Below, one piece after another: positions 19,485-30,206 of a stretch of 64,000 nt of DNA (position 1 is the first letter of the stretch; each line of letters starts with the position of its first letter). Source of the DNA: Spirulina sp. (GTDB taxonomy: Bacteria; Cyanobacteriota; Cyanobacteriia; Phormidesmidales; Phormidesmidaceae); assembly GCA_044070495.1 (NCBI GenBank), contig JBIPSI010000025.1, positions 17,563 through 81,562 of the forward strand. Direction: 5' to 3'. The position numbers and the translations under genes were made by a program. The notes below the pieces were generated by a model. It saw nothing but the letters and a program-made list of their open reading frames with translations, was not told the origin of the DNA and did no database searches.

Positions 19485-22400
19485 CTAGCTCTCCTTCAGG
19501 CTAATCATGGTTTCGCCCTTCAACATCCGCTGGGCCGCATCCAGGAGCATTTCCTCCAGGTAGGGCTTGGTGAAGTAACCCTTCGCCCCCAGTTCAACGG
19601 CCATTTGACGGTGGCGGTCGGCCCCCCGTGAGGTGAGCATGGCGATGGGAATTTGGCTGAGGATTTCATCCTTTTGCAGCCGAGACAGCAGCTCTAGGCC
19701 ATCCATGCGGGGCATTTCGATGTCGCAGAAGACCAGGTCGCAGGGGAGACCCGAACGCAGTTTGTCCCAGGCTTCCTGGCCGTCGCGGGCCTGTTCTACT
19801 CGGTAGCCCACCTTGTTGAAGCTCATGGACAGCAGTTCGCGGACGGTGATGGAATCGTCTACGATCAGCACGGTGGGTTCGGTATGAACCGTGGTATCTT
19901 CGGGCTCCTCGATCTCCGGCTGGTTCCACAGCGAGGTGGGGGCTTCGCGCCGCACCCGTCCGGTGGCCATGTCGATCAGCTCTAACACATCGGCAATGGG
20001 CATGACGCGGCCATCCCCCAGCACCGTGGCCCCCGCGATGCCCGTGGGCTTGGGCACCGGGCCTTCGAGCTGTTTAATCACGATTTCCTGCTCGCCAATC
20101 ACCTGATCCACCTGGAGTCCGATGAAGGAGTTGGCGCTGCGGAGTACCACAATGGACATCATATCCTCATCGTGGGATCCACCATAGACGCGGCCTCGCC
20201 CCAGGATGCGGTTAAACTTCAGCAGGTCGCCCAGGGGCCGCAGGGGCAGCAGGGTATCCCGCCAGAGGATGCTGGTATGGCCCTGATCATCGGTCTGCAC
20301 CCGTGCCTTGGGCACATCAAACATATCCTCAACCCCATCAATGGGGAAGGCAATGCGAGCCTGGTTGTTAATACAGCTCAAGGCCTTGGTAATACTGAGG
20401 GTGAGCGGCAGGCGAATGGTGAAACTGGTGCCCTTGCCCACCTCCGACTCGATGGTGATGGATCCCCGAATATCCGCTAGGGCGGTACGCACCACGTCCA
20501 TACCTACCCCGCGACCGGAGAAATCGTCGGCCTGGTCGCGGGTGCTAAAGCCCGGTTCAAACAGCAGATCGTAGACCTCGATGTCGCTCATGGTCTGGGC
20601 TTCGGCGGCGGTAATCAACCCCTTCGTCAGGGCCTTGGCCTTAACGATGGCCGGATTGATGCCACCGCCATTGTCGGCAATGTAGATCACCGTTTGGTTG
20701 CCCTGGTAGAAGGCGCGAACGGTAATCATGCCTTCCCGCACCTTGCCTGCGGCCAACCGTTCCTCCGGGGTTTCAATGCCGTGGGTGATGGCGTTGTTGA
20801 CCAGGTGGGTCATGGGATCGTAGAGGCGCTCTAGGATCATCTTATCGACTAGGGTGTCGCGCCCCTCCACCACCAGCTTGGCTTCCTTGCCGCATTTGAT
20901 GGAAATATCGCGTACCGCCCTGGGCAGACGATCCGCCGTTTGGCCAAAGGGCACCATGCGGGCCTTGTTCAACCCTTCCTGGAGTTGGGTGGTGACTTGG
21001 CGGAACTGGCGGGCAATCTGATCCGTTGAGTCCACAGTCATTTCAATGTCGGAGGAGGCCTCTCGCACCCGCACAATCAGCTCAATCATTTCCTGGGAGA
21101 GGGTGTGGAAGCCCGTAAATCGGTCCATTTCCAGGGCATCGAAGGTGGCCCCGGTGGCGTGGCTACCGCTGTCGTTGCCGCCGCCCCTACCCCCAGATCC
21201 GCCCAGGGCAAAGGCTTGGCGGTTGGCCATCAGGGAACTTTCCAGCAGGGATCGCTCGTACAGATCGCGCATCCGCTGCCCCACATCGTTGAGCTGCTGC
21301 ACCTGGTTAAGCAGGTTATCGAGGGACTGCCGCAGTTGCTCCTGATCCTGTTCGAGGGAGTTGCGGTTAACCACCAGTTCCCCCATCAGGTTGTTGAGGT
21401 TGTCTAGGTGGCTGACAGAAACCCGCATGGTCTGATCGGTCACCGCTGCCGCCCGCCGAGGGGCACGACCGCTGGCCACCCCCGCCCCCCGACGGCCTAC
21501 CACCGAGGGAGCCGATCCCCCTAGCTGGTCTGCGCCCTCCAGGAGCTTTTCTAGGTCGTCAAAACTATCCTCATCGGCGATAGCCGGAGCTGGGGAGCGA
21601 GGGGGGGCAGAAACCGGGGGGGCGGGCGGTGGGCCGTCATCCTCCAAAAGCGCCTCTAGATCGCTAAAGTCGTCCAGGTCGAGGGCATCGGTGGCGACGG
21701 AACCATTGCTAGCGGATCCATTGCTAGCGGATCCATTCGCGATAGCCCCTGGGGCCGGGGGCATATCCATCACTAAATCGTCTAGCTCCGTCAGCCAATT
21801 ATCTTCCGGTTCCTCCTGGGCTGGTGCTGGGGAGGGTGGAGGCTCGGCAGCGGATGCCTCTAGGTCACTGGCAACATCTGCCCCAAAATCTGCCCCAAAA
21901 TCTGTTCCTAAATCGACCTCTGAGGCCAGATCGGTTTCCTCGGTGAGTAGATCTAGACTATCTAGGTCAATGCCGCCGAAGGGATCGGTGATGGCTTCTC
22001 CCTCGGCTTCTCCAGAAACAGCGTCCGCCGGGGGGAACGTATCCGCATCGAGGGTGAAATCCAGATCTAGGCTCAGGTCATCGTTGGAGGAGAGGTCAGC
22101 GGGGGCGAGGTCACCCTCGAAATCGAGATCAGCGTCCGGATCATGGCCTAGATCAAAGTCCAGTCCAAGGTCGTCCGTCAGGGTTGCTTCGCCAAACCCG
22201 ATGCCGAGATCGTTGGAGGTGGGCTGGGGATCCGCATCACCAAAGGCCAACTCTAGATCGTCGGCAAGGGCAAAGGGATCGGTTTCGGCTGCGGTAACGT
22301 CCTGGGTCAGGGATTGGGTGAGATCGGTGGTATCGGGATCAACATCACCCGTGAGGTCTTGATCGAGTTGGTCAAAGAGTAGATCCAGCTCACTCTCCAC

Positions 22401-24242
22401 GGGGGCGGCAGCGCGGGGCACATCCACCGGAGTAGCCGGGGAACCTGCCGGGGATGGGGCAGCGGAATCCTCGGCTACGGCAGCTACCGGCTCTGGGATG
22501 GCAGAGGTCGGGACGGAAGGGGCGAGGGGTGTCGAGGAGGTCGCGGTGGGCGGCTGGGGGGCGGCGGACGACGAACCCTGAACGACTGCAGGTGGTGCCG
22601 AACGGGCGGGCGCTGATGGCAGATCCGCAAAGAAATCATCCACATCCGTGGCAATCCCTTCGGCCTGGGGATGAACCGGAGCTACCGTGTCAAAGAAGTC
22701 GTCTACCTCAGGGCCGGGGGGCGGAGAGACGGGGGCCGCATCGGCACTATCAAACAACTCGGCGTCAAAGGCTGGGGTCTCAGGCGCAGCGGTGGCAGAG
22801 TCAGGGTCAGTCCTAGGGGGTTCGGGTTCTGCCAACGGCCCTCCGTCCTCCGTTCCATCGTCTGCGGTTAAGTCGATCTCCAGGGCATTGCCAAACAGAC
22901 TGACCATGTCATCGTCGAGGTCTTCTGGGGCAGCGGCGTCCCCGGTTTGAAAGAGATCCGCAAATTCGCTGTCAATGTCGTCGGCACCGAGATCCGGGCT
23001 GAGATCACCAACCTCTCCCTCCCCAGCGGGATCCTCTTCCCAAATATCCCCTAGGCCAATTTGCTCACCCTCAAACAAATCCGCCAGGGTATTGAGTTCA
23101 TCGGGGCCAACCTGGGGGCCAATGCCCGGATGATGCTGGCCACTAAAGCCCGATGCCGATCCGACAGTCTCGGCAACCCCATCGAAGTCACTAAACACCG
23201 ACTCAAGTCCCGCGTCATCGAAGGTGGTGGCATCGGTGTCGGTAATTTGTTCCAGCCAACTGTCGTCTGACTCTAGACCTAGATTAGCGCTGGGATCAGC
23301 CTCGGCGGTGGCAAAGAGATCGGCTAAATCCTCCCCATCGCGGCTGTCGGTCAGGGCTTCGGCCAACAGGGCATCGAGGGCAGAATCATCCTCCAGGGTC
23401 GAGGGCAGGGGTGGTAGCAAGGCCAACAGCGCCGCCGAGGCGGCGACCTGACTGACTTGTCCAGCCAGTACCTGATCCTGGGCCTGCTTGAGATCCTTGA
23501 TGATAATTGGGGCCAGGGAGCGGTAGGTTTCGTCGCGATTACCCGCCGCCTGCCCCACCGTTTGCGCAAGCTGACACCACTGGGGCAGTTCTAATTGTTC
23601 CCCCAGGCTATACAGGCGTTGGCAAATCTGCGCCAGTTGCTGACGGGAGGACTCCCCGTCGGCCTGCTTAAAGGTGGCGAGCATTTCCCGCAGCAGTTCT
23701 GGGATATCGCTGCGGAAGACGAGCTGAAGGGCGCTGGTCTCCGGATGGCTGGCGGCCTTGGCGGCGGGGGCTGTAACAGGGGCGGCGGGGGCTGTAACGG
23801 GGGCAGCGGTAGGGGCTGTCGTGGCGGCAATGCTGGTGAGATGGGCCTCGGTTTGGGCAAAGATCGGTTCCAGGTTAGCTAGGATAACTTGCCCCTGCTC
23901 CTCGGTTAGGCCGTAGGGACTTTGTAGGTGCTCCAACTGCTCCTGCAAGCCATCAAAGATTTGCAACAGCATAGACTCTAGGGTTTGGTCGGGGGTGAGG
24001 GGTGACTCCTTCATCACCTTGAAGAAGTCTTCCATGCGGTGGGCAGTGCGCTGCATACTGTTAATCCCCAGCATGGCCGCGCCCCCCTTCACCGAGTGGG
24101 CCGCCCGAAACACCTCGTTCGCCATCTCCGTATCGTGGATGGTGGCATTGAGATTGAGCAACCCCTGCTCAATGGTGTTGAGGTGATCCTTGGCTTCCTC
24201 AATGAAGTACCCTAAGATTCGCTTTTGATCTTCAGGCAGCAT
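19485..24242 (-). CDS. hmpE: CheA-like hybrid histidine kinase of the Hmp/Pil-Chp system (HmpE/PilL)
   Basis: Hpt 'FRAAHSVKGGA'; long acidic linker; HATPase 'HLVNNAITHGIE', 'GFST..SGRGVGMDVV'; CheW domain; C-terminal REC 'LIVDDS'. Confidence 0.93.
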   Translation of the reverse strand: MLPEDQKRILGYFIEEAKDHLNTIEQGLLNLNATIHDTEMANEVFRAAHSVKGGAAMLGINSMQRTAHRMEDFFKVMKESPLTPDQTLESMLLQIFDGLQEQLEHLQSPYGLTEEQGQVILANLEPIFAQTEAHLTSIAATTAPTAAPVTAPAAPVTAPAAKAASHPETSALQLVFRSDIPELLREMLATFKQADGESSRQQLAQICQRLYSLGEQLELPQWCQLAQTVGQAAGNRDETYRSLAPIIIKDLKQAQDQVLAGQVSQVAASAALLALLPPLPSTLEDDSALDALLAEALTDSRDGEDLADLFATAEADPSANLGLESDDSWLEQITDTDATTFDDAGLESVFSDFDGVAETVGSASGFSGQHHPGIGPQVGPDELNTLADLFEGEQIGLGDIWEEDPAGEGEVGDLSPDLGADDIDSEFADLFQTGDAAAPEDLDDDMVSLFGNALEIDLTADDGTEDGGPLAEPEPPRTDPDSATAAPETPAFDAELFDSADAAPVSPPPGPEVDDFFDTVAPVHPQAEGIATDVDDFFADLPSAPARSAPPAVVQGSSSAAPQPPTATSSTPLAPSVPTSAIPEPVAAVAEDSAAPSPAGSPATPVDVPRAAAPVESELDLLFDQLDQDLTGDVDPDTTDLTQSLTQDVTAAETDPFALADDLELAFGDADPQPTSNDLGIGFGEATLTDDLGLDFDLGHDPDADLDFEGDLAPADLSSNDDLSLDLDFTLDADTFPPADAVSGEAEGEAITDPFGGIDLDSLDLLTEETDLASEVDLGTDFGADFGADVASDLEASAAEPPPSPAPAQEEPEDNWLTELDDLVMDMPPAPGAIANGSASNGSASNGSVATDALDLDDFSDLEALLEDDGPPPAPPVSAPPRSPAPAIADEDSFDDLEKLLEGADQLGGSAPSVVGRRGAGVASGRAPRRAAAVTDQTMRVSVSHLDNLNNLMGELVVNRNSLEQDQEQLRQSLDNLLNQVQQLNDVGQRMRDLYERSLLESSLMANRQAFALGGSGGRGGGNDSGSHATGATFDALEMDRFTGFHTLSQEMIELIVRVREASSDIEMTVDSTDQIARQFRQVTTQLQEGLNKARMVPFGQTADRLPRAVRDISIKCGKEAKLVVEGRDTLVDKMILERLYDPMTHLVNNAITHGIETPEERLAAGKVREGMITVRAFYQGNQTVIYIADNGGGINPAIVKAKALTKGLITAAEAQTMSDIEVYDLLFEPGFSTRDQADDFSGRGVGMDVVRTALADIRGSITIESEVGKGTSFTIRLPLTLSITKALSCINNQARIAFPIDGVEDMFDVPKARVQTDDQGHTSILWRDTLLPLRPLGDLLKFNRILGRGRVYGGSHDEDMMSIVVLRSANSFIGLQVDQVIGEQEIVIKQLEGPVPKPTGIAGATVLGDGRVMPIADVLELIDMATGRVRREAPTSLWNQPEIEEPEDTTVHTEPTVLIVDDSITVRELLSMSFNKVGYRVEQARDGQEAWDKLRSGLPCDLVFCDIEMPRMDGLELLSRLQKDEILSQIPIAMLTSRGADRHRQMAVELGAKGYFTKPYLEEMLLDAAQRMLKGETMISLKES

Positions 24243-24308
24243 GTCGGTTCCCTTCTAAACACTATGCTCGATTTCCCGGAGCCCAAACCCATCAGGGCCA
24301 AGGCTTCC

Positions 24309-26972
24309 TCACCCCTCACGTTTGTCCACCTTAAACCGATCCACCGAGGTCAGTAGATCGCGGGCAACCCCCACCAGATTTTGCAGCGAAGCCGACACCC
24401 GCTGGGCCTCCTGGGAGGTTTCCTGGGCCGTTAGCTCCACCGATTGCATCACCTGGGCCACGGCTCTAGAGGTCTCCGTTTGCTCCACGGTGTCGGCGGT
24501 AATAGATCGCACCAGCACGTCAATGCGGTTCGACACCTGAATGATGTCCTCCAGAGATCGCTTGGCCTGTTCCGCTAAGCGGGTACCCTCAATCACCTGC
24601 TGGGTGCCCTCCTCCATGGCGGTCATCACGCCGCCGGTTTCACTCTGAATCTGCAACACGATCTGCTCGATTTCCTTGGAGGCCTTGGCGGCCCGGTCGG
24701 CCAGTTGTCGCACCTCATCGGCCACAATGGCAAAGCCCCGGCCCGCTTCCCCGGCCCGCGCCGCCTCAATGCTGGCGTTGAGGGCCAGTAGGTTCGTCCG
24801 GGAGGCAATCTGGGAAATCAAGGCCACAATCTTAGAAATTTCCTGGGAGGATTCCGCCAGTCGCTTCACCTTGCGGGTGGTTTCCGCCACCGTTTCGCGG
24901 ATTTCGAGAATACCGGCCACGGTACGCTCCACCGATTCCCCGCCCTTGAGCGCGGTGGAGGACGCCGACCGCGCCACTTCCTCGGCCTCGCGGGCGCTCT
25001 CGGCCACCCGCTGAATTGAGTCGGTCATCACCTGTACCGAGTTGAGGGTAACGGCCAGTTCCTCCGCCTGGCGCAGGGCGTCCGCCGATAGGCCTCGGGC
25101 AAAAATCTCGTTTTCGGTGGATCCCTTACTCACCTGGCGCGCCGCCACACTCACCTGTTCCACAATTTCCCGCAGGTTTTGAATGGTGAGATTGAAGGAG
25201 TCGGCCACGGCCCCTAGCACGTCGGCGGTTACCTCCGCCTGCACGGTCAGGTCGCCCCGGGCCGCCCCTTCCACATCGTCTAGGAGCCGGATCACCTGGC
25301 GCTGTAGGTCTTCCTTGGCCTGCTCCTGTTCCTGGGCCTTGCGTTGGGCCTCACTCGTCGTCGTCAGCACCACTCGCGCCATTTTGTTAAAGCTGCTGGA
25401 GAGATGGCCAAACTCGTCCTCCGAGAGCACCGTGGCCCTAGCGGACAGGTTGCCCTGGTGAATCACGGAATCAAACTGGTGCTGGAGATCGCTAATGCTG
25501 GCGCGCATCCGGCGCTGGGCCAGATATCCGGCTCCGTAGGCTGCGCCAAAGCCCCCCAGTCCGGCCCCTAGGGCCATGGCCGCATGAACCACCTTGGGCA
25601 TTTCGCGGTTGGGCAGGAGGGTGGAGGCGGTAAAGTTCACGATGCCCACCGTGAGGGCAGAGGCGACCCCAGCGGTAACAGCAACGATCAGATTTTTGCT
25701 GGGCAGGGGGGCGTTGTCTAAAAAGGCGAGCCAGTCTTGTTCTTGGGTGGCGGCTACCTCATCATCGTCGGTTTGGGTAAACACCGGCAGGCTATCGGCG
25801 GATCCCGCAATGCTGAAGATCTCGTCGTCGCTGAGGGAGGTTTGATCGTTGACGCCACTGATATCGAAGGCGGAGACCCCCGCACTGAAGTCGGCGGCAT
25901 CGTCGGTGGAACTGAGCCCAGAAGCCCCCACGGAGGGAGTCGTAAACCCCGCCGAGCTATCGGACAGTTCGAAGTCTGGCAAGCTACCGAGGTCGTCAAA
26001 TTCGCTGAATTCATCCAGAAAATCGACGTTATTCGTCGCTCCATCCTCCCGATCTAGGGTGGAGGCGGTGCCAAATCCGTTCTGGTCAAAGTCTCCATGG
26101 CCGGAGGCGCTGCCAAACCCAGGGTCGCCCAGGCCCGCATCCGGGGCAAAGACCGTCATATCATCGCTGCCATCGTCATCCACCATGGCTGGCCAAGACT
26201 CTTCTATCCCCAAGCCGTCCTCGTCATCGTCAAAGCTGACAAACACCGAGGCATTGCCCGCTGGTTCACCGCCTGGGGCGGTATCAAAACTCAGATCTTG
26301 ATCGGCGGTGGCAAAGGGATCTTGACGGCTAAAGCTGAGGGGATCGTCCTCCTCCTCAAAGGTAAAGTCTCCCAAGTCGTCGTCCGCTGGGCCAAAGCCG
26401 GACTCGCCTCCTAGAAAGGGGTTATCGGCCAAACCGCTGGAACCCAAATCGCTACTGTCAACGGGGGCAAAGGGGTTAGACGCTGCGTCCGCCAAGGATC
26501 TATCTACCAAGCCCGTGGCTTCGTCTTCCTCCATGGAAAAGGCCCCCAGATCGAGATCCTCATCCCACTGGTCATCCCCATTGAGGGCGTTATTGTTGCC
26601 CAGGGTATCAAAGCCGTCGTTCCCCGCCGCATCGAAGAAGGTCTTGTCCGTTGTATCGCTGCCGTCAAAACTGACGCGGCCTGGGCCAGCATTACCCAAA
26701 AACTGACTGACGTAGTCTAAGCCGCTGGTAGCGTAGTCCACAAACTCGGAATCGGAGGTGCAGGCCAGGACGTTGCTATACTGCTCACTGGCTACCTCAT
26801 ACTGTTGTAGGCCGTAGCAGTAGATGTGGCCCCGCAGCAGCAGCACGCTAGGATCCTCGGGATACTCCTCTGCCAACGCGTCGATAACAGCAGCGGCATC
26901 CTGATAGTTGCCTTGGATATAGGCCCTCTCAGCTTTCTGATAAGCTTGAGAGTAATCAATGCCTGAAGCCAT
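24309..26972 (-). CDS. hmpD: Methyl-accepting chemotaxis protein with N-terminal TPR (HmpD/PilJ)
   Basis: TPR-like N-terminus, acidic linker, two TMs, HAMP '[13 protein letters not shown]', MCP '[37 protein letters not shown]'. Confidence 0.93.
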   Translation of the reverse strand: MASGIDYSQAYQKAERAYIQGNYQDAAAVIDALAEEYPEDPSVLLLRGHIYCYGLQQYEVASEQYSNVLACTSDSEFVDYATSGLDYVSQFLGNAGPGRVSFDGSDTTDKTFFDAAGNDGFDTLGNNNALNGDDQWDEDLDLGAFSMEEDEATGLVDRSLADAASNPFAPVDSSDLGSSGLADNPFLGGESGFGPADDDLGDFTFEEEDDPLSFSRQDPFATADQDLSFDTAPGGEPAGNASVFVSFDDDEDGLGIEESWPAMVDDDGSDDMTVFAPDAGLGDPGFGSASGHGDFDQNGFGTASTLDREDGATNNVDFLDEFSEFDDLGSLPDFELSDSSAGFTTPSVGASGLSSTDDAADFSAGVSAFDISGVNDQTSLSDDEIFSIAGSADSLPVFTQTDDDEVAATQEQDWLAFLDNAPLPSKNLIVAVTAGVASALTVGIVNFTASTLLPNREMPKVVHAAMALGAGLGGFGAAYGAGYLAQRRMRASISDLQHQFDSVIHQGNLSARATVLSEDEFGHLSSSFNKMARVVLTTTSEAQRKAQEQEQAKEDLQRQVIRLLDDVEGAARGDLTVQAEVTADVLGAVADSFNLTIQNLREIVEQVSVAARQVSKGSTENEIFARGLSADALRQAEELAVTLNSVQVMTDSIQRVAESAREAEEVARSASSTALKGGESVERTVAGILEIRETVAETTRKVKRLAESSQEISKIVALISQIASRTNLLALNASIEAARAGEAGRGFAIVADEVRQLADRAAKASKEIEQIVLQIQSETGGVMTAMEEGTQQVIEGTRLAEQAKRSLEDIIQVSNRIDVLVRSITADTVEQTETSRAVAQVMQSVELTAQETSQEAQRVSASLQNLVGVARDLLTSVDRFKVDKREG

Positions 26973-27033
26973 AACCTTCTCCTGCCAATGCCATTGCTAT
27001 AAGGATGAAGAGACGCCCGAACTTCCCTAGGGG

Positions 27034-27564
27034 CTAGGTGGCCCACCGGGCCGAGCGAATCACCGCCACATGATCCAATAATCTCAGGGTTTTGTTGTCC
27101 TCGGCGGGCAATACCCACTCACCCCGCAGAAAGGGGGCCATGGTGTCGGGGCTGGTGCTAGACACCCGAGTTTTATCGGGATTGAGCCAGCGAGTACCCA
27201 CAATCCGGTTGACGGCTAAGCCTAACATAGTTCCTTGATCCTCAACCGCTATCACGGAAATCTCAGGACGATCCGTATTGAGCAGAGAACTATAGCCCAA
27301 AAACTGGCCCAGATCAGCGACCCAAACCACTCGCCCCTGTTCATTTAGGGTACCCAATAGCAGGTGGGAAACGTTAGGAATCGGGGTAATCCGGTCGGGG
27401 GGTTGCTCAATAATGCGGCGAATGCCGGTGGCGGGTAGGGCAAACTCATCCTCAGCGGTGACGAAAAATCGGAGAAATAACTCCCCTTCCGGCGTTTCAA
27501 GCTCTTGGAGTTCCGGATCTTGATCCTGTCCGGCCTGGGTTAGAAAATCGGGATTGCCTACCAT
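27034..27564 (-). CDS. hmpC: CheW-like protein (HmpC/PilI)
   Basis: 'MVGNPDF...PEGELFLRF', 'ITPIPNV..LLGTLNEQGRVVWVADLGQFL'; start placed at ATG 27564. Confidence 0.9.
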   Translation of the reverse strand: MVGNPDFLTQAGQDQDPELQELETPEGELFLRFFVTAEDEFALPATGIRRIIEQPPDRITPIPNVSHLLLGTLNEQGRVVWVADLGQFLGYSSLLNTDRPEISVIAVEDQGTMLGLAVNRIVGTRWLNPDKTRVSSTSPDTMAPFLRGEWVLPAEDNKTLRLLDHVAVIRSARWAT

Positions 27565-27612
27565 GGTTTCGCCTCGATACGTCGATCTCACCTCAATGCG
27601 TTGCGGTCTTCG

Positions 27613-27978
27613 CTATCCTCGCAGCAGTTGTTTAACGGTGCCCACCAGTTCGGCAGGCTGAAAGGGCTTAGCAATATAGGCATCGGCCCCCTGCTTCATG
27701 CCCCAATAGCGATCAAACTCCTCCCCCTTGGAGGAACATAGCACCACCGGCACATGCTGGGTTGCGGGGTCTGCCTTTAGCTTACGGCACAGTTCATAGC
27801 CATTCATACGGGGCATGACGATGTCCAGCACAATCACATCCGGGAGTTGGCGCTGAATGTGATCGAGGGCCTCCACCCCATCTCCGGCGGTGGACACTTT
27901 CAGGCCAATGCCCCGCAGTAGATCCGTAATCATTTCCCGCTGCGGCAGGCTATCCTCTACCACCAACACTGTGCTCAT
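27613..27978 (-). CDS. hmpB: CheY-like response regulator (HmpB/PilH)
   Basis: 'MSTVLVVEDS', 'DIVMPRMNGYE', 'CSSKGEEFDRYWGMKQGADAYIAKPF'; start ATG 27978. Confidence 0.93.
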   Translation of the reverse strand: MSTVLVVEDSLPQREMITDLLRGIGLKVSTAGDGVEALDHIQRQLPDVIVLDIVMPRMNGYELCRKLKADPATQHVPVVLCSSKGEEFDRYWGMKQGADAYIAKPFQPAELVGTVKQLLRG

Positions 27979-28265
27979 AGTCCGAATCCATCCGAGGCCC
28001 ACAAGGGGGTAAGGGTATACCCAGGGAAGGCCATGGGCCGAAGACCAGCCAAGCTCTCCTCCGCATCCACAGCACCCTACTTATAACGTACCCGCAAACT
28101 CCCCAAGCGGATGCACCGGCTTAGCATGACACCGCCCCTAACCTAGGGCCGATGGTTCAAATTATGGCGAATCTTGATGAACTTGACGGGCCTAGGCAAT
28201 AAATACTTATGAAACCCCAACAAAATTCCCGGTGCATTCCGACCATGGCGGGGTGAGATAGGCTC

Positions 28266-29540
28266 CTAACGGGAGACCGGAATGCTGCTCAAGTCGAGAT
28301 CCATATCTTCCTCCAGGGCATCGGCCAGGAGCTTGTCGGGGCGGGGGCGATCCGGATCTCCGGGGCCGACGTATTTTTCCACTAAGGCCAGCAGTTCACC
28401 GGGGCCAAAGGGTTTTGTGAGATAGTCGTTGGCCCCGACCATGCGGGCCTTGACGCGATCTAGAAACCCATCTTTTCCGGTGAGCATCACCATGGGCGTT
28501 TGCCGAAAGGCGCTGGCATGGCGCAGCATGGCGCACAGTTCGTAGCCGTCGAGTTCCGGCATGGCAATGTCGCAGAGGATCAAGTCGGGCTGAAGCTGAA
28601 ACAGCAACCCCAGGGCCTTGAGGGGATTGCCAATGGAGGTGGCTTCGTAGCCTTGGCCGTCTAGGATGCGCTCCACGGTTTGGCGAATGGTGGCGCTGTC
28701 ATCGACGCAGACAATGCGCGGCAACCGCTGGGGCCACACTCGCACCACGGGGGTCTGGGATCCGCTGCGGCTGGCGGGCTGCACTAGGGTGACATAGCCC
28801 TGCTGCATGGAGGGCACCAGCAGACGGGCTACGGTCACCAGATCGCGGTTGAGGTAACGGGCGATCTGCCGCAGGGAGGTTTGCCCATCTAGCCAGGGCT
28901 GAAGCCGCCGATAGGCTGCCTCGGACAGACTGGCCCGAAAGGCCTCAGGATCGACGAGCAGCGGGCATTGATCGGGGGATTGCAGTTGGGGATGGAGCTT
29001 GTGCCAGGTTTGGATTTGTTGGGTTAGCCCGGTGACCAAGGAACTCACCTTGTGGGTCATGAGCTGAGGACTGAGGGCAGAGCTAAGCTGAAACACAAAG
29101 GATCCCTGACGCAGGCTGAGCAGGTCGAAGAGGGTTTCTCGCACCATGTGGCTGAGGATGGCGCGGCCCTGGTCGGGGGTCAGCAAATGCTGCTCTAGCA
29201 TGGCCCAGAGGGTGCCATACTCTAGGGAATTAAGGGCGGCAATGGCCGAAATCGTGCTGGGATCGGGCAGGGATTTGTCGATGCCGTAGCGGTGGAGGTG
29301 ATCCTTCAGGCGATGGAGATTGTTGTCGGTGGTGCCCGCATACACGAGGCGACCATTGGCCAAAAACACTAGCCAAGACTGGGTGGCTTCCGCCAAATCA
29401 GGGCCACCATCCGCACTCCGGCCTAGATATTTAGAAGGATTGGCCGCATAGCTCTCTAGGTACAGCTCTCCGGTGCGCTGCCCCAGTTCGATAAGCTGCA
29501 AAATGCTGCGAATATCAATTTCAGACAAATAGCCCTGCAT
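28266..29540 (-). CDS. hmpA: PatA-family response regulator (HmpA/PilG; PATAN plus REC)
   Basis: 'MQGYLSEIDIRSILQLIELGQRTGEL' PATAN domain; C-terminal REC 'IVCVDDS...DIAMPELDGY...YLTKPF'. Confidence 0.9.
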   Translation of the reverse strand: MQGYLSEIDIRSILQLIELGQRTGELYLESYAANPSKYLGRSADGGPDLAEATQSWLVFLANGRLVYAGTTDNNLHRLKDHLHRYGIDKSLPDPSTISAIAALNSLEYGTLWAMLEQHLLTPDQGRAILSHMVRETLFDLLSLRQGSFVFQLSSALSPQLMTHKVSSLVTGLTQQIQTWHKLHPQLQSPDQCPLLVDPEAFRASLSEAAYRRLQPWLDGQTSLRQIARYLNRDLVTVARLLVPSMQQGYVTLVQPASRSGSQTPVVRVWPQRLPRIVCVDDSATIRQTVERILDGQGYEATSIGNPLKALGLLFQLQPDLILCDIAMPELDGYELCAMLRHASAFRQTPMVMLTGKDGFLDRVKARMVGANDYLTKPFGPGELLALVEKYVGPGDPDRPRPDKLLADALEEDMDLDLSSIPVSR

Positions 29541-30206
29541 GCAGCAACACGGTGTAGGGAGGTTGAAGGCGGGGGCTAGGGGAACGGGAGAAACTTCGAT
29601 TCAGCGATCTTCAAGGATCCATAGGGCATCCACGGGTGTTAACCCCAGCTTCCCTAATAGTATAGGTCTGATACCGGTTTGGTGCACAGTTTTCGTGTTT
29701 CGTGACCGTCGCTTTGCCTCCCCTGCGGAACAGCGTTCACCGTTTGGCCAATCTCGACGCACCGAACGGAGTCAGCAACCCAGCCCCATGGACGGCTCCA
29801 GGGAGAGGACGTAGGGAATTACGGTTGCTCCGGCCAAAATTGGTTAAGATCCAGAGTGTGTGTTCGACTGGTCTCGGCGATTCCTCCGGATGTCCTGCGT
29901 CCCAATGGTCTACTAGAGATATATTTGGACATAGGTTACCCGCCGCCGCCCCAGTGGCCTACGGTTCACAATAGGCTGACCCCAGCGTGAGGTTCCCCTT
30001 CATCGATTGGGATCGCTCTATATTAAGACACTAAGTTTCTGAGGCCGAGGCGTTATGGTAGCAGTGGGGGCATGGCCCTTCCCCTAGCGGATTCAAGTCG
30101 GCCCCGCCCAGACAGCCCGCCCCTACCTTCGTTACCTGTGTGACGGCCAACGGTCGCTTCTTTAGATTAAATGCTTCACGGTTAAAGTTAACGAGGATCA
30201 AGCAGC

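Noticed and set aside
28013..28022. SigF/SigJ-type GGG-containing promoter motifs near hmpB, spkA and the adhesin gene
   Set aside because: Matches such as gggtataccc, gggcatatt and gggtaag are short and degenerate and cannot be supported without TSS data
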